Assembly: GCA_963823335.1 (NCBI GenBank)
Contig: CAWGLD010000003.1
Span: 96,001 to 160,000 of the forward strand
DNA from: an uncultured delta proteobacterium
GTDB lineage: Bacteria > Desulfobacterota > Desulfobacteria > Desulfobacterales > B30-G6
DNA: 64,000 bases
Direction of reading: 5' to 3'
The notes below the pieces were generated by a model, which did no database searches, had not been told where the DNA came from, and saw nothing but the letters and a program-made list of their open reading frames with translations. Of this stretch, positions 19,523 through 29,824 are shown piece after piece. Made by a program: the position numbers and the translations under genes. How positions within the stretch are numbered: the stretch's first letter is position 1; each line of letters opens with the position of its first letter.

Positions 19523-21039
19523 ATGTGTTTCCTTTTTTACCTGTCGTTCTGGTGGACATGGCCGGTTCTTTTCTGATGATCGTCTTGTCGATAATGTGCG
19601 TTCATCTGTCTCGGAAACTCAGGAGACGTGATACGGGAAACATTTTATGGAACTTTCTTCAGTACGTCAGTTATGCCTTGATGGTGTTCGCTGTTTCCCG
19701 CTCGGCCGGGCACATCCTCAAACAGGTATTGGTTCTGTATTCTTATCAACACATATGGCAGAAAATCAGTCCGTTCAGCGGTGCCATCAATACGTTCACC
19801 TTTATTGTGGTGGGCTCTTTCACGCTGTTTTTTGAAAGAACCTGGAGTATCTATCAGAAAATTGCCGAAGATAAACAGGCCCTGGTGTCCGCTCATGCGG
19901 AGTTGTTGTATCTCAACCAGAAGCTTGAAAAATTAGCTGACATTAGAACCCGGGAACTAGTTCGTTCGGATCAGAAATACCGCCGGATATTTGAGGTATC
20001 AAAGGATACGATCCTGGTAACGAAAAAAGACGGCATGATCCTGAATCTGAATCCCTCGGGATACAAACTGCTAGGTCTTGATGGAAATCGGGAAGATGGA
20101 ACACTGCAGGAGAAGTATTTTCAAGATTGGCTGGCCATGGATGATGCTTGGAAAAGACTTTCTCAGGCCATCGCTGATGAAGGTTTTATCGAAGGTGAAG
20201 AGCTCGATTTGAGGGTCGGTAAGGGGCAATCGAAAAAGGTTCTGCTGAGCGCCAGTGTGGCAGAGGCTTCTATGGAGGATGGGGAGACCATTCATTTTCT
20301 GATAAAGGATATCGAACGGCAGCACCAGATGAAAGAACAAATGATGCAAGCGGACAAACTTGCATCGATCGGTGAACTGTCATCCGGGATCGCCCATGAA
20401 ATAAACAACCCCCTGAATGTGATTCTTGGTTATACCCAGTTGCTGTTGCGTAGCGAAGTCAAAGCGTCCGATCGCCATGCCGATCTCAAAACCATTGAAA
20501 AACACGTCAGAAACTGCAAATCAATTGTAGAGGATTTATTGAGTTTTGCCAGGAAATCGAAAACGAGAAAAGACAGGGTTCATATCGAGAGCATTGTTGA
20601 GAATGTTATTAAGTTTGTCCAGCAGCATTCAAATTTTGAAGACATTAGGATGGAAGGTACCTACGATCGAAACATACCGCCGATGATGCTCGATGAAAAG
20701 AAAATCAAACAGGTTCTGATAAACCTGCTAATGAACGCGATTCACGCGGTGGACCGCAAGGGATGCATACGAATATCCACTGAATTGGACGTGGATTCGA
20801 ACAGGATATTTGTCCAGATTTCCGACGACGGATATGGTATCGAAAAAAATAACATATCGAAGATTTTTGACCCCTTTTTCACGACCAAGCCCACCGGAGA
20901 GGGCACAGGATTGGGGCTGTCGGTGAGCTATGGCATCATCAAGGATCATGGCGGAGATATCCTCGTGGATAGTGAACCGGGAAAAGGTTCGATCTTTACG
21001 ATTGTGCTGCCCATGGAAGGAAAGGATCAAGGGAGATAG
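19519..21039 (+). CDS. Membrane-bound PAS sensor histidine kinase (NtrB-type)
   Basis: H-box AHEINNPL, N-box QVLINLLMNA, DDGYGI, FDPFFTTK and GTGLGL; PAS domain; N-terminal TMs. Confidence 0.95.
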   Translation: MNVFPFLPVVLVDMAGSFLMIVLSIMCVHLSRKLRRRDTGNILWNFLQYVSYALMVFAVSRSAGHILKQVLVLYSYQHIWQKISPFSGAINTFTFIVVGSFTLFFERTWSIYQKIAEDKQALVSAHAELLYLNQKLEKLADIRTRELVRSDQKYRRIFEVSKDTILVTKKDGMILNLNPSGYKLLGLDGNREDGTLQEKYFQDWLAMDDAWKRLSQAIADEGFIEGEELDLRVGKGQSKKVLLSASVAEASMEDGETIHFLIKDIERQHQMKEQMMQADKLASIGELSSGIAHEINNPLNVILGYTQLLLRSEVKASDRHADLKTIEKHVRNCKSIVEDLLSFARKSKTRKDRVHIESIVENVIKFVQQHSNFEDIRMEGTYDRNIPPMMLDEKKIKQVLINLLMNAIHAVDRKGCIRISTELDVDSNRIFVQISDDGYGIEKNNISKIFDPFFTTKPTGEGTGLGLSVSYGIIKDHGGDILVDSEPGKGSIFTIVLPMEGKDQGR

Positions 21040-21042
21040 TCG

Positions 21043-22458
21043 ATGGTTGGAAATATACTTGTAGTAGATGACGAGCTGGACATGCTTGCCCTCCTGAAGA
21101 GGAGTTTGGCACCTGATCTGGACTGTCATGTGGATACTGCATCATCTGCAGACACGGCCCTGGAAATGATCGAAAGTGCATCATACGATCTGATTCTGGT
21201 GGATATTAAAATGCCGGGTATGAGCGGCCTGAAACTTCTTGAAATCATGAAGCGCAAAAGACCCGAACTCACCGCGGTCATGATGACCGCCTATGGCCAT
21301 ATCGATATGGCGGTTGAGGCCATGAAGTTCGGTGCCTATGATTTTATCACCAAGCCCTTTGAGCACGAAACCCTGATCATCCGCTTGCAGAAGGCCCTCG
21401 AGAGGAGTCGCCTTCTCAGGGAAAATCTCAGACTTCAGCAGCAATGCATGGGCGGTGACACGTTTCAGAACCTGGTGGGCAAGAGTCCCAAGATGCAACG
21501 GGTATACGAAACGATTCAGATGGTGTCCAAAACGGATTTGACGGTGCTGATCACCGGTGAATCCGGGACCGGCAAGGATATTGCGGCCAGGGCGGTCCAT
21601 GCCTTGAGCGATCGGTGCAAGCAGCCGTTTGTTGCCGTAAACTGCCCGACAGTCCCGGAAAATATTCTGGAAAGTGAGCTTTTTGGCTACAGAAAGGGTG
21701 CTTTTACCCATGCCACCCAGGATAGAAAAGGAATGTTTCAGACGGCTCAAACCGGAACCATATTTCTCGATGAAATTGGCGATATCAACCCGACCATTCA
21801 AACCAAACTACTTCGCGTACTGCAGGAAAAGGAAATCAAACCGCTCGGCGATTCACGGACCATAAAAGTGGATGTCCGCATTGTCGCTTCCACGAATCAG
21901 CACCTGGAAGAGAAGATCAGAAGAGGGGAGTTCAGAGAGGATTTTTTCTATCGTTTGAATGTACTTCCTATCAAGATGCCGGCACTGAGAGAACACCCGG
22001 AAGATATTCCCCTTATCGCCAGCCATCTTCTGGAAAAGCACTGCCGGAAACTGAAAAAGCCTTTGAGAAAACTGTCACCCGAACTCATCAATATCTTTCG
22101 GACCATGCATTGGGAGGGCAATGTCAGAGAGATGGAAAATCTGATCATGCAGGGCATATTATTTTCCTCCTCCGACGAGATCAAACTCCAGGAAATCGAT
22201 ATCGACGGCGTCATTCAACCAGCTTCGATGGTTACCCACAGTTATAGAGAGCTGTCTTACAAAGAAGCCAAGGAAAAAACGCTGAAGGATTTCAATGATG
22301 CCTATATCGGCAGTATTTTGAAAGAAAGTGATGGTAATGTCACCCAGGCAGCAAAACGATGTGGTATGGAACGGCAAACACTTCAGCAGATTATGAGACG
22401 TTACGGGATCAGGGGTTCGGAGTTTAGAAATGATCCCAATGGCGATCAAATGCCATGA
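21043..22458 (+). CDS. sigma54-dependent response regulator (NtrC family)
   Basis: REC domain (VVDDE, DIKMP, KP), GESGTGKD, ESELFG..KGAFTHA, FLDEIG, FREDFFYRLNV and Fis-type HTH. Confidence 0.95.
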   Translation: MVGNILVVDDELDMLALLKRSLAPDLDCHVDTASSADTALEMIESASYDLILVDIKMPGMSGLKLLEIMKRKRPELTAVMMTAYGHIDMAVEAMKFGAYDFITKPFEHETLIIRLQKALERSRLLRENLRLQQQCMGGDTFQNLVGKSPKMQRVYETIQMVSKTDLTVLITGESGTGKDIAARAVHALSDRCKQPFVAVNCPTVPENILESELFGYRKGAFTHATQDRKGMFQTAQTGTIFLDEIGDINPTIQTKLLRVLQEKEIKPLGDSRTIKVDVRIVASTNQHLEEKIRRGEFREDFFYRLNVLPIKMPALREHPEDIPLIASHLLEKHCRKLKKPLRKLSPELINIFRTMHWEGNVREMENLIMQGILFSSSDEIKLQEIDIDGVIQPASMVTHSYRELSYKEAKEKTLKDFNDAYIGSILKESDGNVTQAAKRCGMERQTLQQIMRRYGIRGSEFRNDPNGDQMP

Positions 22459-22564
22459 GCTGTTTTTTCGTCATTGAAAACCTGGTCTTTTGGGTCAGGT
22501 CAGAGATGTTGGCTATGCCGATGGCGGTAGTTACTCCTGGGATAAATAGGGTATCTAAGATATC

Positions 22565-23317
22565 ATGTCACTCACGCTGCTTTTGGTAGTCATATTTTGT
22601 GCTTCCTTTGTCTTGACCATGGTGGGCCTGGGCGGGGGGCTTGTATTTTCACCCCTGTTTATTCTGTTAGGATTTCCAGTGACAACCGCGGTATCGGCAT
22701 CCCTTTTCTTAAACGGTATTGCCGCACTTTCCGCCGCCGTTACCTACTTTCGTAAAAAGATGGTCGATGTAAAAACGGCTCTCCCTCTACTCGTAACATC
22801 GACCCTTGCGGCGCCGTTCGGCGCAATGCTGACCAACGTCATCAACATCAAGGTTTTTTCCGGAATACTGGCCCTGGTAATATTGCTTGCCGCCATACGC
22901 ATGGTATTTTCCGGAAAAACCGAGACCAAGGAGACGGAAGCAGGTGTAAAGAGCAGGGTCATCGGCGGCGGCGCGATTGGAATTGCCGTGGGGTTCATGG
23001 CCGGGTTGCTGGGTATCGGCGGCGGCGTCTTTATCGTGCCGCTGCTAATATATATGCTCAGGATGCCTGCCAAAACCGCCGCAGCAACGTCTATTTTCAT
23101 TGTCGTATTTTCTTCTTTTTCCGGCTTTGTGACCCATATCTCTCTTGCAGGCACAAACTGGAAATTTATCGTGCTTGCGGCTATTTTTTCATTTGCCGGA
23201 GGGCACTTCGGTTCACGGATCATGTCCGAAAAACTTAAGGGAAGGGGAATTCGTCGAATTTTCGGTATTTTTCTATTCTTGTTTTTTTTAAAATTGATGC
23301 ACAAGGCTCTGCTGTGA
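22565..23317 (+). CDS. TauE/SafE (TSUP) family transporter
   Basis: GLGGGLVFSP and GLLGIGGGVFIVP..AAATS repeats, about 8 TMs. Confidence 0.9.
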   Translation: MSLTLLLVVIFCASFVLTMVGLGGGLVFSPLFILLGFPVTTAVSASLFLNGIAALSAAVTYFRKKMVDVKTALPLLVTSTLAAPFGAMLTNVINIKVFSGILALVILLAAIRMVFSGKTETKETEAGVKSRVIGGGAIGIAVGFMAGLLGIGGGVFIVPLLIYMLRMPAKTAAATSIFIVVFSSFSGFVTHISLAGTNWKFIVLAAIFSFAGGHFGSRIMSEKLKGRGIRRIFGIFLFLFFLKLMHKALL

Positions 23318-23325
23318 ACCCAATT

Positions 23326-23446
23326 CAGTAGCTATGTGCTGTTTGCCGTCACCCGCCGAAGCGTTAGTCGAAAGCCAAACGGAATCAGTGCCGGGCCCTC
23401 TGGACCGGGGTATCTGCTAGAAACAGCTATCGATCACATACAGCTG
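23326..23446. mobile_element. Degenerate MITE-like palindromic element
   Basis: Ends CAGTAGCTATGTG / CACATACAGCTG and internal GCTGTTT/AAACAGC are complementary; lies between convergent genes. Confidence 0.45.
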
Positions 23447-23501
23447 GGCTGCTTCTGAGGCACCCACTTTGTTCGGGTTGAGTGTTTCCGAAAACTGTGC
23501 A

Positions 23502-25226
23502 CTAGGGGGATTGGGCATCACTGAGCACCAGCTGAATGGACTTATTGCCATTCCATTGATTCCATTGAAGGTGGTAGGCAATTTTTAAGAAATGGTTCCG
23601 GTTGATGTATTGCGGGTCCATATTGAATGCAATGGCCCACAGCGCCTTGGTGCTTTTTTCAGTGGAGGATGACAAAAGCATGCGCCTGTGGGTGCTGCCA
23701 ACGATTTTCGATGTATGAACATACACATCGTTGGCCAGGAAAACGGGTTCGGAATTCTGGACGCCGAAGGGACCCAGAGAAGTGATCTCATCAACAAGTT
23801 TAGGTGTAATATCAGATAGCTCCAGTACATAATCGATGGTCGTTTTTGCTAAGAAGTCCTCGGGTGAAGCTGTCCGGCCGATCTCCTGGTGCAAACAATC
23901 CCCAAAAGGTTCTATCTGGTCAGCCGGGAGCTGTAATCCTGCTGCCATGGGGTGGCCGCCGAAGCCATGCAGCATATGCGCACAGGCTGTCAGAGCGGAC
24001 CGGATGTCGACACCGGGAATACTGCGGGCAGAACCTTTTCCCAGACCTTTTTTTACGGATATGAGAATGGCCGGCTTGGAATATAGTCGGGTCAGCCGGG
24101 CAGCGACAATACCTATCACGCCCTCATGCCAGTCCGGGCTTGAAAAAACCATGCAGTTCCTTTGTGCAAGGCTCGGATCTCTGTCCAGTCGTGCTGAAAT
24201 ATCGGCCAGAACGCTTTCTTCTTCCTGCTGCCTTCGGGAATTGAACTCACTGAGCAGCGCTGCATCCTGTCTGGCTTTTTCAGGGTTAGGGGTCATCAGG
24301 AGTCGCGCCGCGATTCCGGCATGGTCCATTCTGCCGGCCGCATTGATGCGAGGACCGAATCGAAAGGAAATATCCTGTGCATCGATATGGCGGTGATCGA
24401 CGCCGCAGGTATCTGCCAGAGCTTTGATACCGGGTCTGTGGGCCGATCTGAGAATTTCGATTCCTGTACATGTCAAAATACGATTCTCATTTACCAGGGG
24501 CACCATATCGGATACCGTTCCCAGGGCTACGAGGTCGCAGCTTTTTTTTAGATTGGGTTCTTTTCTTTTTTGGAAAAACCCCTGGTCGCGAAGGTGTTTT
24601 CGCAGAGCCAGGGCCAGATAAAAAGCGAGCCCCACACCGGACAGCTTTTCCAGACTGGATTGACAGTCGTCTCTTTTGGGGTTGATAACAGCCAGTGCGT
24701 CAGGCAATTGTGAAGGAATGTCGTGATGATCCGTGATAATAACGGCAATATCCTTTTCCTTGGCCAGAGACACGGCTTCATGACTTGACACACCGCAATC
24801 CACGGTTATGATAAGCTTTACTCCTCCCGGGATGGCGATATTTGTGATGTGAGATGCCTTCAGACCATATCCTTCGGTGACGCGGTGCGGAATATAACAG
24901 GAGATCTCTGCATTTATTTCTTTGAGGAATTGATACAACAGGGTTGTGGCTGTCACACCATCCACGTCATAATCCCCAAAAATGAGAATCTTCTCTTTAT
25001 GCAGTAGGGCAGTGCTGATGCGTGCCACTGCCTCGGTCATACCGGTCATTTCAAAGGGCGGACTCAGGTGGTGCAGGGATGGCTTTATAAAAGCCTGGAT
25101 GTCTTTTTCGAAAACCAGTCCCCGTTGAACCAATATTGCCGCTGTTGCAGGATGACAGCCCAAAAAGGCGATTACCCGTGCTGCCGCTTCAGTATCTGTT
25201 GTTTGAATCTCCCAGGTCTTCTGCAT
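23502..25226 (-). CDS. recJ: Single-stranded-DNA-specific exonuclease RecJ
   Basis: GDYDVDG, TVDCG, TDHH, PRINAAGR, GSARS and GGH..AAG motifs. Confidence 0.96.
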   Translation of the reverse strand: MQKTWEIQTTDTEAAARVIAFLGCHPATAAILVQRGLVFEKDIQAFIKPSLHHLSPPFEMTGMTEAVARISTALLHKEKILIFGDYDVDGVTATTLLYQFLKEINAEISCYIPHRVTEGYGLKASHITNIAIPGGVKLIITVDCGVSSHEAVSLAKEKDIAVIITDHHDIPSQLPDALAVINPKRDDCQSSLEKLSGVGLAFYLALALRKHLRDQGFFQKRKEPNLKKSCDLVALGTVSDMVPLVNENRILTCTGIEILRSAHRPGIKALADTCGVDHRHIDAQDISFRFGPRINAAGRMDHAGIAARLLMTPNPEKARQDAALLSEFNSRRQQEEESVLADISARLDRDPSLAQRNCMVFSSPDWHEGVIGIVAARLTRLYSKPAILISVKKGLGKGSARSIPGVDIRSALTACAHMLHGFGGHPMAAGLQLPADQIEPFGDCLHQEIGRTASPEDFLAKTTIDYVLELSDITPKLVDEITSLGPFGVQNSEPVFLANDVYVHTSKIVGSTHRRMLLSSSTEKSTKALWAIAFNMDPQYINRNHFLKIAYHLQWNQWNGNKSIQLVLSDAQSP

Positions 25227-25473
25227 GCAGCAGGCTATATCACAAGAAGCGTTGAGACGCCATCCATAAGGAAATCTGCTATTGCAAAAAAAGAGAGGAT
25301 GATGATAATCTAACTCAAGTTTCGGGGTTCAGGGAACGTGAAAGGAATAATCCCCTGGCGCTTTACGAACTTGCCGAAAGGGCTCCTAACATCAGCGCTG
25401 GCCATAAAGTTAAACAGGTTTCGATAAAAAAGCGACAAGGTCGCGTCACATAAAATCGTGAAACGATTTTATT

Positions 25474-25689
25474 ATGGAATCAACGATTCAATATTACAGG
25501 GTAGACAGAAGACAAATCGGCTTTCTGAAGTTTATTCTTGAGGCCTGTGACGGAATTGTGACCATGTCAACGAAGGATGCAGCGCTTGGCTTGGTTTCCT
25601 TTCAGATCCCACCGGGATGCGAAGGAGAAGTGGCAGGTATCGTGAAAGACCTGCAGAAGGATGTATTCATGGAACCACATGTTAAATGA
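25474..25689 (+). CDS. DUF4911-like small protein
   Basis: RRQIGFLKFILEACDGIVTMST pattern; overlaps the miaB start. Confidence 0.7.
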   Translation: MESTIQYYRVDRRQIGFLKFILEACDGIVTMSTKDAALGLVSFQIPPGCEGEVAGIVKDLQKDVFMEPHVK

Positions 25690-27107
25690 AGAATAAAAAA
25701 CTCTATATAAACACCATCGGGTGTCAGATGAATGTCTATGACTCGGAACAGATCGTGGAGCGCTTGCATCGGATTGGATATGTTACGGAAACGCGGGTCG
25801 AGGAAGCCGACCTGGTCATCATAAACACCTGCTCCATAAGGGAAAAAGCAGAGCAGAAAGCCTTCAGTTTTCTGGGCCGTCTTGCCAAAATGAAACATGA
25901 TAAACCCCGCTTGATGGTAGGTGTCTGCGGATGTGTGGCCCAGCAGGAAGGGCAAAAGATTATCCAGCGAATGCCGCATGTGGATTTTGTCCTGGGTACC
26001 CAGGCCATCGAACGCCTGCCCGCTACAATTGAAAAAATCGAGAAGCATCGCTGTCGAATTGTCGATGTGAACATGTCTCAGGAGATCCAGGGAGCCGCGG
26101 ATTTTTCAGCCCCCACAAGAACCCGGGAGATTTCGCGATTTGTGACCATTATGCGCGGGTGTGATAATTATTGTACCTATTGTGTCGTGCCTTATGTTCG
26201 GGGAAGGGAAACGAGTCGGGAACCTGAGAATATTATTAATGAAATCAGGTCGCTCGTTGCAAGTGGTGTCCGGGAAATTACCCTTTTGGGACAAAACGTC
26301 AACAGCTATGGACAAAAACAGGATCTGTGTGATTTCCCGACACTCTTACGGAAGATCAATGGGGTAGAGGGTCTGTTTCGTCTTCGATTCACCACATCGC
26401 ATCCCAAGGATTTATCGGATGATCTGATCGCCGCATTCCAATCGATGGAAAAACTCTGTCATCACATCCATCTGCCTGTGCAATCAGGTTCCAATGACGT
26501 GTTGGCACGAATGAATAGGCGCTATACCCGCGAAAAGTATCTGGAGATGGTTGCAAAGCTCAGAGCAGCATGCCCGGAAATCGCCATTACATCCGATATT
26601 ATCGTAGGGTTTCCGGGTGAAACCAGAACGGATTTTGAGCAGACCAAAGCGCTTATCGAGCAGGTTGAATTCGACAGCCTGTTTGCTTTCATCTATTCAG
26701 ATCGACCCAATGCACCCTCCGGACGCTTTAAGAAAAAAGTTATAGAGGAAGAAAAAAAACAGCGTCTCCAGGAAGTGTTTGATCTTCAGGCAGACATCAC
26801 TCAAAAAATTCATGCCCGTCTGAAGGGGACCGTACAGGACGTTCTTGTGGAAGGTTACAGTAAACAACAGGCCGGTGAAAATCGGGCTATAGCTCCCGAA
26901 GCTGTTCAATGGACCGGCAGAACCAGCGGTAATAAAATCGTTAATTTTTTTCAGAACTCTGTATCACGCATTGACACGGGTATTGCGGTAGGAGAGATGG
27001 TCCGTGTAAGGATTGAAAAAACATTTCCCCATTCATTGTGGGGCAGTGTGGTCACATCCGATTCAGGACACACCCTCGTCAAAGGAGAAGAAAGTTATGC
27101 TGCATAA
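25686..27107 (+). CDS. miaB: tRNA-2-methylthio-N6-dimethylallyladenosine synthase
   Basis: GCQMN..DS, NTCSIREKAE, radical SAM GCDNYCTYCVVP, LLGQNVNSY and TRAM domain. Confidence 0.96.
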   Translation: MKNKKLYINTIGCQMNVYDSEQIVERLHRIGYVTETRVEEADLVIINTCSIREKAEQKAFSFLGRLAKMKHDKPRLMVGVCGCVAQQEGQKIIQRMPHVDFVLGTQAIERLPATIEKIEKHRCRIVDVNMSQEIQGAADFSAPTRTREISRFVTIMRGCDNYCTYCVVPYVRGRETSREPENIINEIRSLVASGVREITLLGQNVNSYGQKQDLCDFPTLLRKINGVEGLFRLRFTTSHPKDLSDDLIAAFQSMEKLCHHIHLPVQSGSNDVLARMNRRYTREKYLEMVAKLRAACPEIAITSDIIVGFPGETRTDFEQTKALIEQVEFDSLFAFIYSDRPNAPSGRFKKKVIEEEKKQRLQEVFDLQADITQKIHARLKGTVQDVLVEGYSKQQAGENRAIAPEAVQWTGRTSGNKIVNFFQNSVSRIDTGIAVGEMVRVRIEKTFPHSLWGSVVTSDSGHTLVKGEESYAA

Positions 27108-27594
27108 AGTGACGATTGCAGGATTAACCATGGATCCAGCGTCCAATACGCCGATTATCATTTTAAAATCAGAAAAAGATGATCACGCGATTCCGATTTG
27201 GATCGGTCTGCTGGAGGCTACATCCATTGCATCGGCCCTCCAGAAGATCGAATTTGATCGCCCCATGACCCATGACCTGTTCAAAAATGTCGCCGACAGG
27301 TTCAAGGCGGATGTGACACGGATCGAAGTCTGTGATCTCAAAGAGAATACATTTTTCGCAAGAATCTACTTTGAATCCGGGGATATATCATTCGATATCG
27401 ATGCCAGACCCAGTGATGCCATTGCCATTGCGCTCCGGTTTGGGGCGCCCATCTATGTGGATGACAAGGTGGTGCAGCGCTCCAAAAGCGGTGAGGCCCA
27501 GCCAGAAGCATTAGACGAGAGCGAAGAGGGTAAAAAATGGGCTGAATATCTCAAAAACCTGTCCCCAGAGGAATTTGGAAAATATAAGGTATAA
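27097..27594 (+). CDS. Bifunctional nuclease family protein (DUF151)
   Basis: IPIWIG..EA, RPMTHDL and DARPSDAIAIALR; ATG 27097 preceded by AGGAG. Confidence 0.9.
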   Translation: MLHKVTIAGLTMDPASNTPIIILKSEKDDHAIPIWIGLLEATSIASALQKIEFDRPMTHDLFKNVADRFKADVTRIEVCDLKENTFFARIYFESGDISFDIDARPSDAIAIALRFGAPIYVDDKVVQRSKSGEAQPEALDESEEGKKWAEYLKNLSPEEFGKYKV

Positions 27595-27597
27595 AAA

Positions 27598-27830
27598 AAG
27601 GGTTCGAGGGTCCAAGGGGGATACAAGGGTTCGAGGGTGGCTGAGAGCTACTAGCGGAAAGCAGCATCCCAGCCTCCAAGCATCCTCGCTTCCCGGCATA
27701 CAAGGGTCCAAGGTTCTGGCCTGCAAGTTTCGGAACCGTCAGCCATTTGAAATTATTTAAACTTCACTCGAACCCTTGGATCCTCGACTCCTTGGACCCT
27801 TTCTCCCAACTATTTGGGAGAAGAATCTAA
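27598..27830. repeat. Cluster of AGGGTT/AGGGTC-octamer repeats, inverted arrangement (family D)
   Basis: 27598-27675 is an approximate reverse complement of the 104-bp unit at 35.7-36.1 kb; 27768-27800 is the inverse of the octamer arm; terminal hairpin TTCTCCCAA-CTAT-TTGGGAGAA. Confidence 0.75.
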
Positions 27831-29026
27831 TATTTAAACTTCCCATTCTCATAGATAACCATTTTCCGGCCATCTTTCAGATATGCTGTCACCTGTTTTT
27901 TCTCCGTATTCACAAGATCCCAGTGCAGGGCAGAGTCGTTGAAACCGAGTTTCGATTTGATTTTCCTGGTGAGTGTTGAGGTGTCACCGTCGTACGTGTC
28001 TGAATACGATGCGCCAAGGGCGATATGGCAGTTACCATAGGCCCCGCCGTAATTTTCGTCAAAAAGGGTGTTGGCCATGAACTGGTTGATTTTGGAGAAT
28101 CGTTTATCCGTTAGAGAGAACTCGCCGACCTTGTTGGCTCCCTGATCCATGGACAGCTGTTTTTTTATAAATTCGAGTCCCTTTTTTGCATTAATCTCAA
28201 TGGCTTTACCTTTTTGAAATCTTATCGTGATGTTTTTCACTAGATTCCCACTTCTATAAGACGGCTGATCTGCGTAGTAAACACCCCGGGTGCCCCGCCA
28301 ATCAGGCGACAGGAAGAGTTCAAAACTGGGTATGTTGTGGCCGGAGATGCCGATCCATTTTCTGCTTTCGCCTGGTGTAATCTCGAGATCCATATGTTGG
28401 GATTCGATATGATAGTGCTGGACCTGCATGCTGTTGAGCCACGCTTTAATTTCAGATGCGTTATGGAAGATGCGTTTCCATTCATCGATGGGTGACCGCC
28501 TGTTCAGAAAACAGCTTTTTATTATCTGGGCTGTATAGGCTTTCTGTGAGAGCCCGGCATGCCTGGCAAGCGCTTTTGTGGGAAACGCGCATAGTGTCCA
28601 GCTGAACAGTGCCTGCTCTTCTCTCTTTTCCAGTATGTCACGGATATACTTTCTGGCGATAGCCGCCTTGGCGATTTTGTTCGAATCTATGTGGCTTAAG
28701 TGGGTAATGGCTTCTGGCGCATGCAGGAAGATACTGCCGTTTAAATGTTGGTAGAGGGTTTTTTCACCGGGAGGCTGAAATACCAGCTGTTGAGGGTCGG
28801 AGAAATTAAAAAAATTCTGTTCCATTGTGGGTGTGGCATCTGCTCGCATTACCGGGTTCATGCCCATGTCTAGAAGTCGGGCGTGAAGCATCTCTGCAAG
28901 CTTTATTGCAGGCAGGTTATAGCGAACCAGAAAAATTTCTCCTTGATTCAGAGGTCCCTTGCGTGCCGTTTCCAGTCCCCACAGCAGCACTTCCGCATAG
29001 CGCTCAATTTGTGATTCTGTGAACAT
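27827..29026 (-). CDS. Aminopeptidase, peptidase M29 (AmpS/PepS-like)
   Basis: NIPSFE, GEF, LFDEN..G..HIALG and SALHWD motifs. Confidence 0.88.
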   Translation of the reverse strand: MFTESQIERYAEVLLWGLETARKGPLNQGEIFLVRYNLPAIKLAEMLHARLLDMGMNPVMRADATPTMEQNFFNFSDPQQLVFQPPGEKTLYQHLNGSIFLHAPEAITHLSHIDSNKIAKAAIARKYIRDILEKREEQALFSWTLCAFPTKALARHAGLSQKAYTAQIIKSCFLNRRSPIDEWKRIFHNASEIKAWLNSMQVQHYHIESQHMDLEITPGESRKWIGISGHNIPSFELFLSPDWRGTRGVYYADQPSYRSGNLVKNITIRFQKGKAIEINAKKGLEFIKKQLSMDQGANKVGEFSLTDKRFSKINQFMANTLFDENYGGAYGNCHIALGASYSDTYDGDTSTLTRKIKSKLGFNDSALHWDLVNTEKKQVTAYLKDGRKMVIYENGKFKY

Positions 29027-29170
29027 GTTATACCTCATCTGTTATATTAAAAATTATATCATAAATGACTTATAATGTTATATTAAATATAATGTATAAA
29101 AAGGGTTCCAGGGGTCGAGGATCCAAGGGTTCAAGTGTTTGTTTCGGGCATTCAGTCATCGGAATTATTC

Positions 29171-29245
29171 TGAACCGAAAAAGCGAGCGCATTCCCCGTA
29201 GGTTCTGCCGTTCGGCAGTGCTTCGCACGCTGCGAGGTTCTTCAA
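29171..29245. mobile_element. Mini-element family A, short form
   Basis: Near-identical to 10643-10718. Confidence 0.85.
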
Positions 29246-29358
29246 TTGGATCATGCATTTCGCCATATCTCTGATGAGACCCGAAAGTTGAGCCAACAAG
29301 ACAAATGCCAGAAAAAAAGCGACCTAGTCGCGCCAGATAAATTCGCAAAGCGAATTTA

Positions 29359-29604
29359 TTATTCTTTTAAAAAAAGATGGTGATATTCTTTTTCCACGAG
29401 ATGGGTCTTCAATAGCCGGGTCAGCAGGGAAAAAATATCGTTCAGATCCTGATCGGTCAATCGTTTGACAAGGGTTTGCATCAACGCGTCATCTGAAAAT
29501 TTCTGAAGATAATAAATGATCGTATGTTCGTCGGTTTCGCGATTGAATCCAAATCCGACAAAACCATCATATTCATCCGTAAATCTGTGAGAGTGCTTTG
29601 ACAT
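29359..29604 (-). CDS. Small conserved-looking hypothetical protein
   Basis: 81-aa ORF (YLQKFSDD...EYHHLFLK) filling the gap between repeats. Confidence 0.7.
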   Translation of the reverse strand: MSKHSHRFTDEYDGFVGFGFNRETDEHTIIYYLQKFSDDALMQTLVKRLTDQDLNDIFSLLTRLLKTHLVEKEYHHLFLKE

Positions 29605-29625
29605 GCTAGGCCTTCTATTATTAAA

Positions 29626-29759
29626 GTATTGATTGTTCTACAAACCGCGTGTTTGGTACGCGTTCCCGAACCTGAACTTACGGAAACGTGCCGTCTCCTT
29701 TGGATTTTTCCCATTTTGGGGGAAATCCAAGCCACCCGTTTCACGGGCGGCAGTTGACT
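29626..29759 (-). mobile_element. Mini-element family B
   Basis: 134-bp copy highly similar to 52218-52349. Confidence 0.85.
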
Positions 29760-29824
29760 AACGCTCGACCCTGAATTACAGTATCTGACTTAATGGAAAA
29801 CATAACAAGAATCAATAGACAAAG

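Noticed and set aside
25300-25470. Riboswitch/ncRNA, or a 29-aa GTG-start ORF, between recJ and the DUF4911 gene
   Set aside because: No recognisable aptamer or tRNA motif and no support for the small ORF; an Rfam scan would be needed
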